Assembly (NCBI RefSeq): GCF_006345805.1
Contig: NC_042997.1
Location: forward strand, 173,228,001 to 173,292,000
Origin: Octopus sinensis
Lineage: Eukaryota
Direction: 5' to 3'
DNA length: 64,000 nucleotides
Below are positions 42,060 to 55,501 of this stretch, piece by piece; position 1 is the first letter of the stretch; the number at the start of each line of letters is the position of its first letter. The notes beneath the pieces are model-generated. The model worked only from the letters and a program-made list of their open reading frames with translations, searched no databases and was not told where the DNA came from. Made by a program: the position numbers and the translations under genes.

Positions 42060-43990
42060 GAAACTATAAAAGATCCTGTAATGGGAAAAGATTTAGTGAA
42101 ATTTTAACTGATGCATATGACTGCGGGGAGTTAGATTTAGACACCTGTAATGTAGATGAAGGCTGAGAATTTTTAGAGTTCTGTCCAGGTCCACTGGATA
42201 GATATGTCGCTGGAGCAACAAAGCCAAAAGGAACATGGTGGAGGAACAATACAGTTAACAGGGCAGTGAAGACAAGGAAACAGGCATAGATAACCTAAGA
42301 GGAAGGTGGCTAGAAGAGCAGCTACGAAACAGGTATGAAGCAAAGAGGAAGGGATATGCATATGTCTTACATCATGAAGATCAGAGGTATTAAGTGTTCA
42401 GGATCTTAAGGTAGTGTATGAAAGAGAACAGAGAGGTCACAGGTGAGAAGTGTATTCAAAATGATGAAGGTATACTTGCCACTGATATGGATGATAAGAA
42501 AGTAGCATAGGAGTGCTATTATGAGAGGTTGTTTCATGTAAAGAATGCATGGGATGAAGAGAGGGTATCTTGTGATGACCCTACAGAGGGACCAGAAATT
42601 CAAGTTGACAGTAGTAAAGTAGATAAGGTGATCAAGGAGATAAAGATGAGAAAGCTGCAAGTTCCCTCTGGAATAGTTGTGGAGATGCTCAAAATATATG
42701 GTGAGTTAGGGTACATGATTACCACCCAGGTAGTAAATCAAGTTCTTCAAGAGTGATACCAAGTGACTGGCATAACAGTATCATTGTAAGCTGCTACAAA
42801 GACGAAGGAGATGCCTTAGACAGAAGCAGTTATATAGAATTAAATTACTGGATCAGGTCATGAAGGTCACAGAGAGGGTCATTGCACAATTGATTCATGA
42901 GAAGATGAGATGCAGAGGATCTAGATGAGTTGCGGTTTAATTTTGTGCCTGGAAGAGGTACTACAGATGCAACTACAAGAGAAATACTTGGCTAAGAATA
43001 AACCATTATTCCCGGCCGAAGAAAGCATTCAACAGGGTATCACATACAGTAATCTTGTGGTCACTTTGGTACTCTCAGAGAAATGACTGATATGCAGAAA
43101 AGGAGTATGTCTAACCCTTTAGCATTTAAACCGGTCATATCCGGCAAAAAGTATTCTGCCTGTTTTATGTTGAAATTGGCCAGATCTGGTCTCTCACACC
43201 AACCCTACAATATCGTTTTAAAAATTAACAGCTACCTCATCAAAATCTCATAGCTACAAGATAATGCATGATTAGTTCAAAACAATGTGAATAAAAAAGC
43301 ATTAACTTTGGCAGAATAATGTGAACACTAGAGGGCTAAACTCCATACACTGCATTTGCTATAAGCTATGGGCACACAATAGATGTAGTGAAATCACTGG
43401 TAGATGATTAGAGAACATAGGCCTCATATGTGATAGATGCACTGGAACAGTAAATTCCATGAACACACCAGAAATAGAACCCTTTGAATGCTTGGCTAGC
43501 TCTCTTGAAGTAGTTGATAGCTTTTGTTATCTAGGATCTGTCGTCATCAACAAGGAAGGTGGTTACTGTGAAAATATGGTTGGAAGAAGTTGAGGGAGCT
43601 ACAATTCAGTTGACAATAAAGGTCTTTTCCCAAAGAGTAAAGGCAGATTGTATGATATTTGTACTAGAATTGCCATGCTGTATGCTAGTGAAATATGGGC
43701 CTTCAATGCAGAGGACATGAGATGACTGGAAAGAAATGAAGCAAGCATGCTCTATTGAATGTACAGCAGTATAAATGTGCTGAGAGAAAGACTGGACGTA
43801 AGACTGGACGTAAGACTAATTACATGTACTATGAAACAAAAGAGACTGTTCTAGTGCAGACAACATATAATGTGTATAGATGAAAAGAGCTAATCACTAA
43901 ATGTGACTGGAAACCCAGGAAGATATATGATGAAGTGGTGAAGATTGACTTCAGGACCTTAAGCTTCACAGAGGAAACAACAAAGAACAA
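42060..43990 (+). mobile_element. Decayed RTE-clade LINE ORF2 fossil, interrupted by a piggyBac-like MITE
   Basis: Broken peptides include TWWRNNTVNRAV, EGPEIQVDSSKVDKVIKEIKMRK..PSGIVVEMLK, IPSDW..SIIVSCYK..GDALDRS, KLLDQVMKVTERVIAQLI, FVPGRGTTDA, VVDSFCYLGS and AMLYASEIW. There are many stops and frameshifts. Confidence 0.85.
43115..43335. mobile_element. Second copy of the piggyBac-like MITE, CTAA TSD
   Basis: Same length as and highly similar to 48375-48595. Flanked by CTAA on both sides. Confidence 0.85.
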
Positions 43991-44329
43991 GGATATCTAG
44001 CAATACAAGGGTCTCATGAAAAATTGCCTATTGTAGTGAAACAGAGAATATAAGGGTAATATTTGTTGACATATTCTGTCAACAATTTGTCTGCTAGCTC
44101 TGCACTTCTGAGGACAAGTGGAAGGAAAATAACCTTAGAAGGAAATAGGGAAGAGTTAGAAAGGAAGGACATCGGCTGTAAAAAATTGTCTAAATATATA
44201 TACTCAGCTAACCCATACTAGCATGTAAAAAAATACATAAAACAGACAGACACATATTGAATTTTATAAAGACTGACAAACTTCATAAAATATTACCCAA
44301 TCTTTAGACAGGAGTGAAGCAGTTGAATA

Positions 44330-45650
44330 ATACAAAGGTACTTTTTTACTAAGGTACTTTTGAAGACTGCAAGTAATTTCAATAGTGAAAACAGCATATG
44401 TTGCTGCCCACAGTTTCACATTCTAAGTTGTTAGCTGCATTGTGTGGCAGTGTACTGATGACTGAGCTTCACAAAAGTGACTACAGCAGCAGAACGGATA
44501 GTGCAAGTACCAGCGTCGCCTTAAAGAGCACCATCCGAGCGTGATCATTGCCAGAGCGGCCATCTGGCCTCCGTGCCAGTGGCACGTAAAAGACACCATT
44601 CGAGCATGATTGTTACCAGCATCGCCTTATTGGCACCTGAGCCGGTGGCATGTGTAAAAGATTTGAGCGAGGTCGTTGCTGGTACCACTTGACTGGCCCC
44701 GTGCCGGTGGCATGTAAAAGCACTCACTACACTCTCAGAGTGGTTGGTGTTAGGAAGGGCATCCAGTTGTAGAAACTCTGCCAGATCAAGATTGAAGCCT
44801 GGTGCAGCCATCTGGTTCGCCAGCCCTCAGTCATTCGTCCAACCCATGCTAGCATGGAAAGCGGATGTTAAACGATGATGATGATCTTCATGTCTAGAAA
44901 GTGTACTGCCAAAGTGTACTGAATAAATATGATGGGCTTCCACATAGTTCCCATCTACCAAATTCACTCACAAGGCAAGGCATATATTTTGTGGGTAGTC
45001 ACTGACTTCCACAGCATCGAAGATTTCATCTGATGACACCCTTATTTTGGAATTTCAGGTAACTTCCTTTAATATACCTTACACATTTCAAATAGCAACA
45101 TAGTATGGCCTTGGGTATTCTAATGTCCATCACATGAACTGTGCGTCTCACACAGCACAGCAGCTACTCTACTGTAATATTTGCATATTGCAGGAGAAAC
45201 TGATTGGTAATGTGGTCTTGCTTAGAATATTCATTAGAGATCAAAAGTTGTACAACTGACAGTTCACCAGCTTTGTGCTTCAATGTTTTTACTAATCAAT
45301 CACTGAACATAATAAAAAATGCCACTGCTGTATCTAGGTTGTTGACATTCCTATTAAGATGGTCAGCAACTTATAGTATGCGACTCCAGGTAAAAGTTGA
45401 TACAAAACTTCAGTTACTTTTTACATTGATTGAGAGAGATCGAGTACTGTTGGCACACAGCAAAATTTTCTGGCTCTTTTGCAGAGAGTAACCTACCTAA
45501 GCTGACTCAGTCAGTTCATGGATATACATATCACAACACTTTCTAGGGAATCTTAGCTTCAATAGTTTTAATAGCCCACCACCACTTATTGAGCAGTCCA
45601 TACACTCCAGCTAAAAGCTCATTTGCTGTGTTTTGTAGCCAAGATTAATG
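44330..45650 (-). mobile_element. Possible highly decayed hAT (Buster/Charlie-like) transposase relic, interrupted by SINEs
   Basis: Scattered minus-strand peptides in the expected order: YINLGY, VGYSLQKSQK, CVRYI, DEIFDAVE, SVHCHT (CxxH-like). The similarity is weak and judged by eye. Confidence 0.35.
44480..44886 (+). mobile_element. Repeat family C with an RTE-like 3' end and (GAT)n tail, representative copy
   Basis: GGAGTGGTTGGCGTTAGGAAGGGCATCCAGCTGTAGAAAC...CCCATGCTAGCATGGAAAGCGGACGTTAAACGATGATG. Longer copies carry internal GCCGGTGGCACGTAAAAG subrepeats. Also at ~2041-2203, 27999-28157, 39060-39215, 46997-47540. Confidence 0.85.
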
Positions 45651-45940
45651 TAATGTTCTAATCAAGTACACAGTACTGCTTTACCTGAGCAACATGAAGA
45701 GGGTGAGCTGTCAATCCTAAGAGAAACTATGGCAGTCATATCAAAGGGTTGCTGCTTTGAGCAGGGTTCACAAACCTGCTCTTCACAAACTGCTGAGTAT
45801 CTGCATAGAGTCAATGAGCACGACAAACAAAGGAATTTGAAGTTCAATAGTCTTTATATGAATAGGAGTGATGTCATAGGTGCTCCAAAAACAGAATCCA
45901 CACTAATTTACATGTAGAATTTCAGATTATTCTTATTACA

Positions 45941-46161
45941 AGGTGGTTACTGTGAAAATATGGTTGGAAGAAGTTAAGGGAGCTACAATTCAGTTGACAA
46001 TAAAGGTCTTTTCCCAAAGAGTAAAGGCAGATTGTATGATATTTGTACTAGAATTGCCATGCTGTATGCTAGTGAAATATGGGCCTTCAATGCAGAGGAC
46101 ATGAGATGACTGGAAAGAAATGAAGCAAGCATGCTCTATTGAATGTACAGCAGTATAAATG
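45941..46161 (+). repeat. Dispersed 221-bp copy of 43557-43777
   Basis: Hand alignment finds a single substitution (AAGTTGAGGG vs AAGTTAAGGG). Confidence 0.92.
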
Positions 46162-47556
46162 CAACCAGTAGCTGAGATACAAGAAAATCCTACACTATCA
46201 TTGACTGAAGGGACACTAATTTCAAGTAGTATTCCTTCAGCCAGACACTCAACCAATTCCTTCCTATTTTACAAGTTATTTTACATGCTCAGAGAGCAGA
46301 CTTACAGTACATATTGTTTCAACAGGGATATAAACATGACAATACACACATATACAACAATAACAGAATATATATATATATATACACACACACACATGTG
46401 TTTGTGTGAATATTATTTATATATATATAACCATTTTTGTCTTTTAATGTCTTCAGAAAATGACACATGCCCAAGATGCCATAAAGCAGAATCAAAACCA
46501 GGAATTACAGAGCAAGTTTCTTAAACATTTGGCTATCCAACTACTACACAGTATAAATAAATGGACTCTGAATGGGAGCCTGTCAGCTGTTGTATTATGC
46601 CCGAGACTGAAAGGGCCATGCTTCTCACAAACTGCTAAATTGATTCCGCGGGAAATTTACTTTAAGGGTACAGTGTCTAGCTAAATCAATGGGCCTGTCA
46701 GATCAGTTGGCACAAACTGACCACACATGGCAAGAAATTGGGAACATGATCCATTTCATACAGGCATATATATTTTCTATGGTTGCATGCCCTTCCTGTG
46801 CAAAGCCCACATTTGTTTCCGAGCAAGGTAATATTTTTCAATGACCAGACAAATTTTCCCAGAAGATGGAAAATAGATGGCACTGCTTATATGATTTACA
46901 ATTATTACAATGTCAAAACTAAGAAGCACAACAAAGACATATACACAACTATATGTATCTATATATATCGTAAGCTTCACAGCCACACACACACACATTA
47001 GGAAGGGCATCCAGCTGTAGAAACACTGCCAGATCTGACTGGCCTGGTGCAGCCTTCGGGCTTGCCAGACCCCAGTTGAACCGTCCAACCCATGCTAGCA
47101 TGGAAAGCGGACGTTAAATGATGATGATGATGATGATGATGATACACCATATGAGTACCATACGAGTGAGATCGTTGCCTGAGCAACAAACTGGCCTTCG
47201 TGCCGGTGGCATGTTAAGCACACCATTCGAGCATGATCATTACCGCGTCGCCTTACTAGCACTTGTGCTGGTGGCACATGAAACATTCAAGCGAGGACGT
47301 CGCCAGTGCCGCTGGACTGGCTTCTGTGCAGGTGGCACGTAAAAAGCACCATTTGGACGTGGCTGTTGCCAGTACCACCAAACTAGCCCTCGTGCCGGTG
47401 GCACGTAAAAGCACCCACTACATTGTCGGAGTGGTTGGCGTTAGGAAGGGCATCCAGCTGTAGAAACTCTGCCAGATCAGATTGGAGTCTGGTTCGCCAG
47501 TCCTCAGTCAAACCGTCAAACCCATGAGAGCATGGAAAGCGGGCGTTAAACAATGA

Positions 47557-47619
<63 letters not shown>

Positions 47620-48116
47620 TAGATAGATAAATTATTGAGGTGGCTATTCATGATTTACAACCTAAAGGCAACAAATATAGTTGTCACTAGAGTGATGTAG
47701 GTGTGGTTGTGTGGTAAGAAGCTTTCTTCCCAACCACATGATCTGGGGTTCAGTCCCACTGTGTGAAACCTTGGGGCAAGTGTCTTCTATTATAAGCCTT
47801 GTAAGTGGATGTGGTAGACAGAAGCTGCAAAGCCTGTCGTGTATCATCATCATCATCATCGTTTAACGTCCGCTTTCCATGCTATATATATTTATTTATG
47901 TGTATGTCTTCTTGTTTATCCTCCATCACTGCTTAACAACCAGTACTGACGTGTTTACATCCCCATAACTTAGTGGTTCAGCAAAAGAGACCAATAAAAT
48001 AAATACCAGGCTTTAAAACAAAAATGTACTGGGGGTCAATACATTCGATTAAAAATTGTTCAAGATAGTGCTCCAGCATGGCTGCAGTCTATAATGACTG
48101 AGACAAGCAAAAGATT

Positions 48117-48156
<40 letters not shown>

Positions 48157-48374
48157 GAGTGACCAAGGGATAGCACCTTGAAAGTTCCCTCAAAGGCACA
48201 ACACTGGGAAAGGTTCTTTGGGATGTCCAACAGTCACCTATGCCTATTCAGACACACCTATTCATGTTGTCCAAGGAAAAGGCTAAGACCGTTACAGCTT
48301 GGCACCAGTGATTTCTCAACTCATTTTTGCAGGTGAGTGAACATGATCAATGTCAAATAAAGTGTCATGCTTAA

Positions 48375-48595
48375 CCCTTTAGCATTTAAACCGGCCATAT
48401 CCGGCCAGAAGTATTCTGTCTGTTTTATGTTCAAACTGGCTAGATCTGGTCTCTCACACCAATCCTACAATATCGTTTTAAAAATTAACAGCTACCTCAT
48501 CAAAATCTCATAGCTACAAGATAATGCCTGATTAGTTCAAGGCAATGTGGATGAAAAAGCATTAATTTTGGTAGAATAATGCGAACAGTAAAGGG
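48375..48595. mobile_element. piggyBac-like MITE, 221 bp, TTAA TSD
   Basis: Termini are CCCTTTA...TAAAGGG. TTAA lies at 48371-48374 and 48596-48599. Confidence 0.85.
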
Positions 48596-51500
48596 TTAAG
48601 AACACAACATACCATCTGGTCCAGGAATCAATCTCATAACCTCATCATCATAAGCCTGATGTTCTTACTGAGCCATGTGCCTTCACTCTCACACACTATA
48701 TATATATATATATATAAGTAAAATGATCAAAGGACTCTCCCAGCCAAGGCTCCCGATGCTGGGTACATGGACTCCAAGTAATATATATGACCACCCCCTG
48801 GATGACGCACCAGTCCAAAGCAAAAGTATTTTTGTCAGATGAGTGGACTACAGGAACATGAAATGAAGTGTTTTGCTCAAGAAGACAACACATTCCCAGG
48901 TACACAAACTGAAACCACAATCTTAGGATTACGAGTACGACAACTTAACGACTAGATAATTAGTCTCCATTATACTATATTTACTAAACGTGAATATGCA
49001 TACACAAAACACAGTGTATATTTATCAGCATAAATATATAAACATACATTTTATGGAGTAATGTTTGTTTTTATACTGAAGTATAATTAAAAACAGTTTA
49101 ACATAAAACTGGAGAAATACTCAATACTTCTCATAGTGAACACATGTATTATACATTTACAGGAAGAGATGTGACAGTGACTTCCAAGTTTCATCCTGCT
49201 TGCTTTTCTCAGACAGTCTCACGAAGGTGAGCAGGATGAAACAATTATACTTGTAAGATATATATATATGTACATATATGTATACATACATATCCATGTA
49301 TCCATTACATATATAAATATATAGACCCATCCATCCATATATTCGTACACACACACACACACACACATATATGCTTATATATATATATGCATATAAATAT
49401 TTATATATGTATATATACATACAAAAAAAAATATATATATATATACACATACATATGTGTGTATATATATATATATATAGATAGATTTAGATAATCATAT
49501 CAGGAGGTGTTATTAAGTTAGACATGGCCTGGACCAATCTTTTGTCGAAACATATCTAAGTTTATATATATATATATACACACACATATATAGATATATA
49601 AACACTTTAAAAAAATGTTTCAGCCCAAAAGCTGCGGCCATGCTGGGGCACCCCCGTTGAATGTGCTACACTAGTACGTGAAACCACCTCTGATACGTGG
49701 CACTTGGTCAACAAGGGAGTTCGACGCCACTACCCGCATCTGTGTTTCCTGCCGAAAGGTAGGTTCAACTGGAACCCCTGACAAGAAGAGATCCAGTTAA
49801 GTTTTAAACCATTATCTGTGTGGATGTGTAAATCTACACATTTGCTTATAATATACTAACCCAAAAATAGCATAACTTTATAGTTAAATTTTGTAAAGAA
49901 ATCACTCCCCAGCTCACATTCTCGAAGACAAGTAGAACAAATTTGTTTTTTGCAAAATAAATGAGGGTTAATAAGAGAAAGTGCAACCATTGTACACCAA
50001 TGACTGAATCATCCAAATCTTAAAACAGAAAAATAAATGTAAAAATGATCAAACCAAAACACACACACTCACACACATCGAGGTTCAAACTATTAATACA
50101 CACACACACACATTTTTCTTTTCTTAAACAATTTTATTTGTTTCAGTCATGTGACCATAGCCATGCTTGACCACCGCCTTTAGTTGAACAAATCAACTTA
50201 TTCTATATAAGCCTAGTACTTATCCTATCGATGCCTTTTCTGAAACTGCTAAGTTACGGGGATGTAAACACACCAACATCGGTTATCAAGCGATGGAGAG
50301 GGGGACAAAGTCACCCACAAATATATATGATGGGCTTCTTTCAGTTTCCGTCTACCAGATCCACTCAAGGCTTCGGTCAGCCCGAGGCTATAGTAGAAGA
50401 CACCTGCCCAATGTGATACGCAGTGGGACTGAACCCAGAACCATGTGGTTGGGAAGTAAGTTTCTTCTCACACAGCCACCCTTGCAGCTATGTATATGTA
50501 TGATATTTATGACTGTTTACATATACAGACCAGATTGTGTGCATGTGCATGTGTGTGTGTATGCACTCGCGTTCCAACTATGTGTTTGTGTAAATATATA
50601 TATATTCATATGCATTTAGACATATACCTATCTAATGATTAGGTTGTATTTACTATCTTCCTATACATATACGTTTATATCATTTACATAGTGAACATGT
50701 TATAATATTTACCTTATAAAATGTGTACATACACATGATATATTCACAATGCATGTGCTCATATGATGTATTGGCAGCATATATTGTGTTCTGTGAGATA
50801 TATCGCAGTATATATTGAGTTCTGTACATATATTTGAAGAGTACCATGTACATTTAACATATACAAGTAGTCTACAATATACTGTGTCAATATGTATTAT
50901 ATTTGCAGTACACTTAATTGCACATACATTTATATGCACGTACATATATAAAACCACACACATATATACATAATGGTGTGTTGATGCTTATGTGTAGGCA
51001 TGCTTTTATACCAGTAAGTATATTGGCCTGTATAAATGCATGTGTGCACATGTGCATGTACTGCTGTTCCGATCATATACGTCTCATATAAACTGCTTTC
51101 CCACTAACCGAACAAAGGTGCTATCTCTTTACCGCAGCCAAAGTGGCTTTTTTTTTCCTTCCTTTTATCCAGCTTCCAGACTATTCCTTTCAAAATATTC
51201 CCCGTTTCACTCTCTGATTTACAATATATAGACCTCATTTTTCTATTACCAGGAATAGATTTTCAGCCCCATGACATGCCTGATTTAGCAAAGCTATGGT
51301 AACAAAAGGCATTGCAGCCATGACCATTCCGAATATATTTTTACTCTATATGATCTGATAGAGTGCTTCATTCTCCAAGACAGTGGACTATGTTTTGACA
51401 ATAGTTGGTTGTAGTTTCTAGGACATGTATAACACTGACTTTAAAGAACCTTTGGTTCCAATGCCTTTCTGGTTAACTGACTCTTCCTAATCAACCAAGT

Positions 51501-52110
51501 ATTAAATTTACTCCAATAATTAAATGAAATACAAGTATGCATTAGTATAATGTTGGGAAGGAGATCCAGCTCATCCAAATGTAGAAACCTTTACAAAGCA
51601 AACGCTGAAGCACAATGCAATCCTTGGGTCCATCAGCTCCTGTCCAACCATCCAACCCATGTCAGCAGGGAACATGGACGTCAAAATAACGATGATGATA
51701 CAAGTTTTTAATACTGTACTGTGTAAGGTACTGCAAAACAGGGTCACCCAGTAAACTAGCCTGGTGGTTGTGGGATTTTCAAAGTTCCTTCTTGTAAATT
51801 ATACAAGATGGTTTACAGCGGCTCCAGACCAACAATGTCCAGAAAGTTGGTGCTGCACCTGCATATTGAGTGAGCTTATACAGAAAACGTACATCAAGTG
51901 CATGAGTTTCACTGAACCTTCTTTTAATTGGACAGTGGATAGACAAAACAGCAAGACATGTCATTTTTGATAAACAAAATAAAAGTTGTTAAGCTGTGTG
52001 CTATCACTATTAAGATTTGTGTGTTTGAATGTATTTATATATTAATAATATATTTGTGCATAAGCTTGTGTGTGTGTGTACATGAATATATACCCACAAT
52101 ACATTTTAAC

Positions 52111-52150
<40 letters not shown>

Positions 52151-52919
52151 AAGACAACGTAAATATATGGATATTTCTCTATATATATACACAAATATAT
52201 ATACTTAGAATGTGTATATACTCACATAATTTTGTGTGTGTGTGTGTGTATATGTGTAAATATGTAGATAATTCACCCACATAATTACATTCACACATAT
52301 CCATGCATATGTATACACATCAATACACACACACACACATATATATATATATTGTACACAATTTCTCATTCTATCAATCTATCTTTTTATGTGTGTGTAT
52401 ACATACGTGTAAGTACAAATAAATACACATATACGAAGGTCTCTCAACAATATGGTCTCGATATCATTTCGTGGTACATGTGATGTATACATTGGTACCT
52501 AAAACAATTAGCAAAACCAGCACATTCTCGCTAAGTGTTTCAGGTGCCTATTCAGAAATATGCACGTTCTTGGCACTCCTATCCACGACCTAATAATGCA
52601 ACATGTGACTGTTAGGTGTAGAGAGGGTTTACAGCAAGTTGGCTGGTATTTTCAGTAGCCGATAAAAGTGCCATGCTCAAGTAGAAGAACACGTACCACC
52701 TGTAAAAGGAAGTGAACACATGGCCATATGATCGGGAGCCCAATATGTGTGTATAAGTTTATACACAGACAGGGTGAGAGAGGTCGATATTTTGATACAT
52801 ACGTATATGTAACAATATACATATAGTTTTGACTTTAAGAGTCCCTCATTGCGTGTGGCATTTATGTATAGTAATGCCCTCTATATAATATAATATAATA
52901 TAATATAATATATATATAC

Positions 52920-52950
<31 letters not shown>

Positions 52951-53210
52951 AGTATATATATAGATATGTGGGGGTGTATTTATGTGTATTTAAACGGACG
53001 TTAAATGAAGCTATTGTATGAAAACAAATATTTTTCATATGTTGAATGTGTACACAGTGAGTGTGTGTGTGTGTGTGTGTGTGTATAGATGGACCGACGG
53101 ACGGACGGATAGACAGATATAAGCATAGATAAATATACATATATTTACATACATATGTAATTACATCAATAATATATACACAGAAAGATGCGCCTATACC
53201 CAAAGACTTA

Positions 53211-53398
53211 CAGGGTGCAGCGAAAAACACATCCCAGATTTCACAACCATTCCAACAGCAAATATACGGTGAACTCCCGACCAAACCATGACGGTAACTG
53301 AGTAAAAAAAAAAAAAAAACAATGAACGCACCGCGAGCACCTGCCTAACCTTAAATATACATTGCAACAAGAGTGGGGGGTTTTTCGGCCGCAACCTG
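53211..53398. mobile_element. Tc1/mariner-type MITE
   Basis: TA|CAGGGTGCAGCGAAAAAC ... GTTTTTCGGCCGCAACCTG|TA: imperfect TIRs with a TA TSD. Confidence 0.7.
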
Positions 53399-54301
53399 TA
53401 TTATATATATATATATATTGGCTGTGTGGTAAGTAGCTTGCTAACCAACCACATGGTTCCGGGTTCAGTCCCACTGCGTGGCATCTTGGGCAAGTGTCTT
53501 CTGCTATAGCCCCGGGCCGACCAATGCCTTGTGAGTGGATTTGGTAGACGGAAACTGAAAGAAGCCTGTCGTATATATGTATGTATATATATATATATAA
53601 TATATATATATATGTTGTGTGTGTGTGTGTGGTGTGTGTCTTGTTTTGTCCCCCTAGCATTGCTTGACAACCGATGGTGGTGTGTTTACGTCCCCCGTCA
53701 CTTCGCGGTCGGCAAAAGAGACCGATAGAATAAGTACTGGGCTTACAAAAGAATAAGTCCGGGGTCGAGTTGCCCGACTAAAGGCAGTGCTCCAGCATGG
53801 CCGCAGTCAAATGACTGAAACAAGCAAAAGAGTAAAAGAGTATATATATATATTATATATATATATATATATTATATATATATATGAAGCAAGTATATGG
53901 TAATTGCTTATGTTTTTGTATATATACATCTTATATATTTATAAATATATAAATAAACACACATATACAAACTCAAATATAGAAATACATATATGAAGTG
54001 TGCGGCACAAAATTTTACCTTATCCTATACGTCTGAATATAATGAAGTTAGGCAGGTGCTAATGGTGTCTTCATGTAGGTAATGTTTTACCGTTATTTTA
54101 TTGTCCTTTTTTTTTTTTTTTCGTTCATCTTTCCAAGTTACCATCACGGTTCGGTCCATGCCGTGTGTTTGTTATCGGAATATTTACCAAGAATGGCTAA
54201 TCAGATATTTTTACCGATCCCTCCCTGTCCATACTCTTATATGCAAACACACCAACAGATAAATATAACATATATATATATACACACACACACACACATA
54301 T

Positions 54302-54343
<42 letters not shown>

Positions 54344-54489
54344 AAGAAACATACATTTAATATGTATGAATAAAATATACAAACACATAGGTAAATAAAT
54401 ATATATAACAGACAGACAGACAGACAAATAGATAGACTTACACATTACAGAACATATAATACTTGTATAAATATAACTAACACACAAAT

Positions 54490-54531
<42 letters not shown>

Positions 54532-55085
54532 ATATACTTACACATACACATTACCTGTACATAAGATATAAATGTGCATATTCACAAGAGCCAATATGAA
54601 AACATATGCACCTGTATATGTGGGTTTGAATCTATATGTATATACATCTGTAAGTGTTACATCTACCTATCTACATACATACATACATACATGTGTGTGT
54701 GGTGTGTGTGTGTGTAGATTGGTATTATATATTCTTTTCTACTCTAGGCACATGGCCCGAAAATTTTGTGGAAGGGGTCCAGTCGATACGACCGACCTCA
54801 GTACGCAACTGGTAGTTAATTTATCGACCCCGAAAGGATGATAGGCAAAGTCGACCTCGGTGGAATCTGAACCCAGAACGTAAAGGACAGACGATTTGGT
54901 ATAATATATTAATACTATATAGTCACCGAATTCTAACTGTATATGTACCAAATTATACATATAAAAATTTACATATTAACGTGGTGTGCACACGCGTGGA
55001 TATATGTGAACTAAAGCAGTATAGAAACATGCGAAATTAACTTTTTGAATACACGATTATGTCCGTGTATTTTGCCAAGACTCAC

Positions 55086-55208
55086 AGAAAAGTTCGTGTA
55101 AACACACTGGACAGAATGGAACTATCCAGTATGACCAATATTTCTCGAGTTGGTGCCTAAAATTAAGGTATACTGAACAACGGGCTTCCATGAAAACAAA
55201 ATTTATAT

Positions 55209-55244
<36 letters not shown>

Positions 55245-55399
55245 TATATGTACTTGTGCGCACACACAAAAGAAATAATGAACTAGATAAAATGAAATCT
55301 TGATATTGGGACACCTACCCCACATAGCATCATGCTACACAGTAAATAGATAAATAAATAAATATATATGTATTTATGTATGTATGCATATATATATAT

Positions 55400-55435
<36 letters not shown>

Positions 55436-55501
55436 CCATATATACACATACTGATCACTTACCCAGCGTACCTGGTCGTTTAGATCACCTGTGAACTGAA
55501 C
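55086..55501 (-). CDS. Candidate pair of spliced exons (55501-55463 and 55156-55086) of an unidentified gene
   Basis: Splice signals: atgcag|GTTCAG...CTGG|gtaagt and ccttaattttag|GCACC...TTCT|gtgagt. The exons join in frame as (MQ)VQFTGDLNDQVRW+APTREILVILDSSILSSVFTRTF. No homology was recognised. Confidence 0.3.

Noticed and set aside
49188-49242. Canonical pre-miRNA interpretation of the hairpin
   Set aside because: There is no convincing ~11-bp basal stem below the duplex, and I recognise no miRNA seed. It is kept only as a splice-site hairpin candidate.
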